The notes under the pieces were generated by a model. The model worked only from the letters and a program-made list of their open reading frames with translations. It had not been told where the DNA came from and did no database searches. This document shows positions 32,897 through 35,318 of a stretch of DNA of 35,318 nt, piece after piece. How positions within the stretch are numbered: position 1 is the stretch's first letter; each line of letters starts with the position of its first letter. The position numbers and the translations under genes were made by a program. The DNA is taken from assembly GCA_027435495.1 (NCBI GenBank), contig DAHZZC010000394.1, positions 1 to 35,318 on the forward strand, read 5' to 3'. Source of the DNA: Planctomycetales bacterium (lineage in GTDB: Bacteria; Planctomycetota; Planctomycetia; Isosphaerales; Isosphaeraceae).

Positions 32897-33673
32897 ATGC
32901 AGGGGACGTTGTTGATGCTGGTCGCGCTGAGTGGCATGGGCTGTCACAACAAGGGTTGTGACATCGCCTATGGCCCTCCGACCTATTCGAGCTGTTTTGG
33001 GTTGGGCTCAGGGTGCTATGCGGATTGCTATCCGGGACCGGTCATGCCGTCCTGCTACGCGGGCTGCTACGGCGGCTGCTATAGCGGCTGCTATGGCGGT
33101 TGCTACGCGGGCGGTTACGGCGGCTGCTACAGTGGTTGCTACGGCGCTGGCTACGGGATGGGCTACGGCCTGTCCGGCGGCGGGTGCTATGGCGGTTGCT
33201 ACAGCGGTTGCTACGGCGGCAAGCACCACGCCAACCGGTGTGGCGGCTGCGGTCGGAAGCACGGACACCGCCGGAATTGCTGCTACGCGTCGACGTGTGG
33301 CTCCCAGGCGATGCTTCCGTCGTGCTACGCCTCGGCGTATGCACCGCCGGTCTTTGGCTCGGCGGTGGGGATGAACTATGCGCCGGTGGTCTCGAGCCAG
33401 TCGATGACCACGCTGACGGTGCCTTCGAAGCAGTGGGGCGGCACGACGTCGACCTACGGGTCAGCGGGTACGATGGGGACGACCGGCGCGGTGGTAGCGC
33501 CGCCGGTGCCTTCCGAGGTGACGACGCCTGTGGCGCCGACTCCGGCGACGCCGAGGGCGACCAGCCCGTCCCCGGAGGTCGCGACGCCGCCCGCGCCGCC
33601 GGCTCCGGCGGGTACTGGCAGTCCTGGGGGTGCCCAGGGGACGCCGGGCCGGACCAACCCGCCGACCACCTGA
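32897..33673 (+). CDS. Secreted protein, possibly lipid-anchored, with a Gly-Cys-Tyr tetrapeptide repeat region and a Pro/Thr/Ala-rich tail
   Basis: Track ORF 32897..33673. GGGAGGG lies 5 nt upstream of the ATG. This frame has high GC3, unlike the two other overlapping + frames. The hydrophobic N-terminus ends in Cys16. Confidence 0.75.
   Translation: MQGTLLMLVALSGMGCHNKGCDIAYGPPTYSSCFGLGSGCYADCYPGPVMPSCYAGCYGGCYSGCYGGCYAGGYGGCYSGCYGAGYGMGYGLSGGGCYGGCYSGCYGGKHHANRCGGCGRKHGHRRNCCYASTCGSQAMLPSCYASAYAPPVFGSAVGMNYAPVVSSQSMTTLTVPSKQWGGTTSTYGSAGTMGTTGAVVAPPVPSEVTTPVAPTPATPRATSPSPEVATPPAPPAPAGTGSPGGAQGTPGRTNPPTT
33008..33220 (+). repeat. Degenerate 12-nt (4-codon) tandem repeat encoding GCY[GSA] units
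   Basis: The DNA is ggctgctacggc/ggctgctatagc/ggctgctatggc/ggttgctacgcg and so on. The protein is SCYAGCYGGCYSGCYGGCYAGGYGGCYSGCYGAGYGMGYGLSGGGCYGGCYSGCYGG. Confidence 0.85.
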
Positions 33674-33711
33674 GCGGGCGCGGCGCCTGGACTCAGATTT
33701 CGTCGGAAAGA

Positions 33712-33740
33712 GAGGGCCGTTCCCAATGGGGGCGGCCCTT
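33712..33740 (+). terminator. Possible terminator hairpin after the repeat-protein gene
   Basis: The outer stem agggccg/cggccct encloses an inner ccc-aat-ggg stem, about 40 nt after the stop. The hairpin is followed by ttgccatttcg, which is only a weak T run. Confidence 0.3.
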
Positions 33741-33913
33741 GCCATTTCGATCGGCACCGTTCCGCCTTCCCCTGGCTCTGATCGTCGCTTATCCTGGACG
33801 CGGCATCCTTGATTCGATCGTCGCAGCCGGACTGCCTGGACCAGGGCTCCGGCCCCCGCCGGGATTCGGCCCCGGAGAACCGGTCGGATCGTCGTTGGGA
33901 GGGTTTGCTCGCC

Positions 33914-34849
33914 ATGGAGGTTCGTCCGCCGTCCGCAACCGCTGCGGTCTCGCCGTCACCCGCGCCCTGGCCTGTCAACGACCGTGCCGACGGTGCGGAG
34001 GCCGCCGGGTCCGAGATCAAGCCGCCGATCGGCGGCTTCGCCAGCGACGCCGAGCGCTGGGAGTGGCTGATCGAGAACCTCGGCGAGGCCTTCTGCCGGA
34101 AGCTCGGGATCTTCCGGGTCCCCGAGGACCTGGTCCTCTCGGTGGTGATCCCCTGCTACAACGAGCGGAAGACCATTCACGAGATTCTCCGACGCGTCCG
34201 CGAGGTTCCGATCCGCAAGGAAATCATCGTCGTCGATGATTGCTCGAAGGACGGCACCCGCGACATTCTTCGCGAACTGGCCGAGCGTGACCTCGACCTG
34301 AAGGTTGTTTTCCACGAGCGTAACCAGGGTAAGGGCGCCGCCCTGCGCACCGGGTTCCGCGTGGCCACCGGTCAGGTCATCATCGTCCAGGACGCCGACC
34401 TCGAATACGACCCGGCTGAGTTCCCCAGGCTGATCCAGCCGATCGTCGAGGACCTCGCCGATGTCGTTTACGGTTCGCGGTTCATCGGCGAGACTCACCG
34501 CGTCCTCTACTTCTGGCATTCGCTGGCGAACAAGTTCCTGACGCTCCTCTCGAACTGTTTCACCAATCTGAATCTCACCGACATGGAGGTCTGCTACAAG
34601 GTCTTCCGCCGCGAGGTCATCCAGGCGATCGATCTGAAGAGCGACCGATTCGGCTTCGAGCCCGAGGTCACCGCGAAGGTGGCGCGGTTCCACTTCCCGC
34701 CCCGGGACGGCGAGCCGGGCCGCAAGTGCCGGATCTACGAACTTCCCGTTTCGTACCACGGTCGGACCTACGCCGAGGGGAAGCACATCGGCATCAAGGA
34801 CGGCTTCCAGGCGCTTTGGTGCATTGTGAAGTATCGCTTCTTCGACTGA
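33914..34849 (+). CDS. Family 2 glycosyltransferase (polyprenol-phosphate sugar synthase / Dpm1-like)
   Basis: The start is an internal ATG of track ORF 33809..34849 (the track start is TTG). Motifs: [27 protein letters not shown] (DxD) and GSRF. Confidence 0.9.
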   Translation: MEVRPPSATAAVSPSPAPWPVNDRADGAEAAGSEIKPPIGGFASDAERWEWLIENLGEAFCRKLGIFRVPEDLVLSVVIPCYNERKTIHEILRRVREVPIRKEIIVVDDCSKDGTRDILRELAERDLDLKVVFHERNQGKGAALRTGFRVATGQVIIVQDADLEYDPAEFPRLIQPIVEDLADVVYGSRFIGETHRVLYFWHSLANKFLTLLSNCFTNLNLTDMEVCYKVFRREVIQAIDLKSDRFGFEPEVTAKVARFHFPPRDGEPGRKCRIYELPVSYHGRTYAEGKHIGIKDGFQALWCIVKYRFFD

Positions 34850-34871
34850 AACTGACGGCGGGAGGCACTGC

Positions 34872-35318
34872 ATGATCGAGCACCCTCGGCAATGGCGATT
34901 GCTCGCGACCGGGATCGTCGCGGCTGGGCTTTTCTGTGGGGCGATCGGGGTTCTCCCTGCGCAGGAGCCGGCCCCGAAATCCGAGACGGGCGTCTCGAAG
35001 CCCTCGGCGAGGCAGGAGGCCCCAGCGAAAACTCCCGCCCGGAAGGCGCGCCCCAAAACCAGGCGCCGCGTTCGTCGCGACGAGGCACCCGGCTTCTACA
35101 TGGGCCGACCGATCGCCGACGTGATGTCGTGGCAGGGCGCCGAGTGGCTCTTCCGCGAGACCCGCATCCAGGAAGAACAGCCCGAGGCAATGCTCGACGC
35201 CCTGAAGATCCCGCGCGGGGGCACGGTCGCCGACGTCGGTGCGGGGGCCGGCTATCACAGCATTCGCCTCGCACGTCGGGTCGGACCGAAGGGGATCGTC
35301 TACGCGGCCGACGTCCAG
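34872..35318 (+). CDS. Class I SAM-dependent methyltransferase with an N-terminal signal or anchor, truncated by the right window edge
   Basis: My own translation from ATG 34872 (GGAGG 6 nt upstream) gives MIEHPRQWRLLATGIVAAGLFCGAIGVLPAQEP...VADVGAGAGYHSIRLARRVGPKGIVYAADVQ. There are 149 codons with no stop. The ORF is absent from the track because it runs off the window. Confidence 0.8.
   Translation, partial: MIEHPRQWRLLATGIVAAGLFCGAIGVLPAQEPAPKSETGVSKPSARQEAPAKTPARKARPKTRRRVRRDEAPGFYMGRPIADVMSWQGAEWLFRETRIQEEQPEAMLDALKIPRGGTVADVGAGAGYHSIRLARRVGPKGIVYAADVQ

Noticed and set aside
32931-35056. Alternative frames over the repeat-protein and GT2 genes: 32931..33374 (+, Ala-rich), 33100..34239 (+, Arg/Leu-rich), 33008..33268 (-) and 33956..35056 (-)
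   Set aside because: Only the 32897 frame combines a strong RBS, a hydrophobic leader and high GC3. The others are Ala/Arg-rich out-of-frame or antisense readings of the same tandem repeat or of the GT2 gene.

Overview
This is a high-GC bacterial chromosome segment with strong GC bias at third codon positions. It looks planctomycete-like: it carries a DUF1559 prepilin-like gene, many basic or low-complexity proteins, and frequent GTG/TTG starts. Most long ORFs in the track are antisense or out-of-frame artefacts of the GC content. I call 35 CDS (two cut by the window edges), one tRNA(CAT), several hairpin terminators and a few promoter candidates. No CRISPR array, rRNA or transposase was seen.

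Content from left to right:
- A minus-strand type II FAS/PKS-like cassette (hotdog dehydratase, long ACP, hotdog dehydratase, KS-like).
- Two membrane proteins and a PD40 beta-propeller protein.
- A divergent hypothetical gene, then an ABC-type ATPase plus HNH nuclease pair (Septu/PtuAB-like).
- An SDR and a DevC/DevA/DevB-type exporter.
- A DUF1559, lipoprotein and ferredoxin operon.
- CrtD-like oxidoreductase and PIG-L deacetylase, divergent from a Rieske protein and a double GNAT.
- ilvB.
- An NtrC-like regulator.
- A Xer recombinase, tRNA and thioesterase.
- An HTTM-DCC fusion operon.
- A Cys-Tyr-Gly repeat protein, a GT2 glycosyltransferase and a truncated methyltransferase.

Most interesting observations:
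1. The ATPase+HNH two-gene candidate defence module.
2. The KS-like protein in the FAS-like cassette has Asp and Asn where the catalytic Cys and second His should be. A perfect sigma-54 -24/-12 consensus lies upstream of the ACP.
3. The secreted protein built from GCYx repeats (21 Cys) also has a sigma-54-like promoter upstream.
4. The bEBP-like regulator has lost GAFTGA, the canonical Walker B and the receiver phospho-acceptor. It carries an Asp/His-rich insert encoded by a hexanucleotide repeat.
5. The HTTM (gamma-carboxylase-like) domain is fused to a DCC thiol-disulfide oxidoreductase.

All functional calls come from motif recognition by eye. No database search was run.
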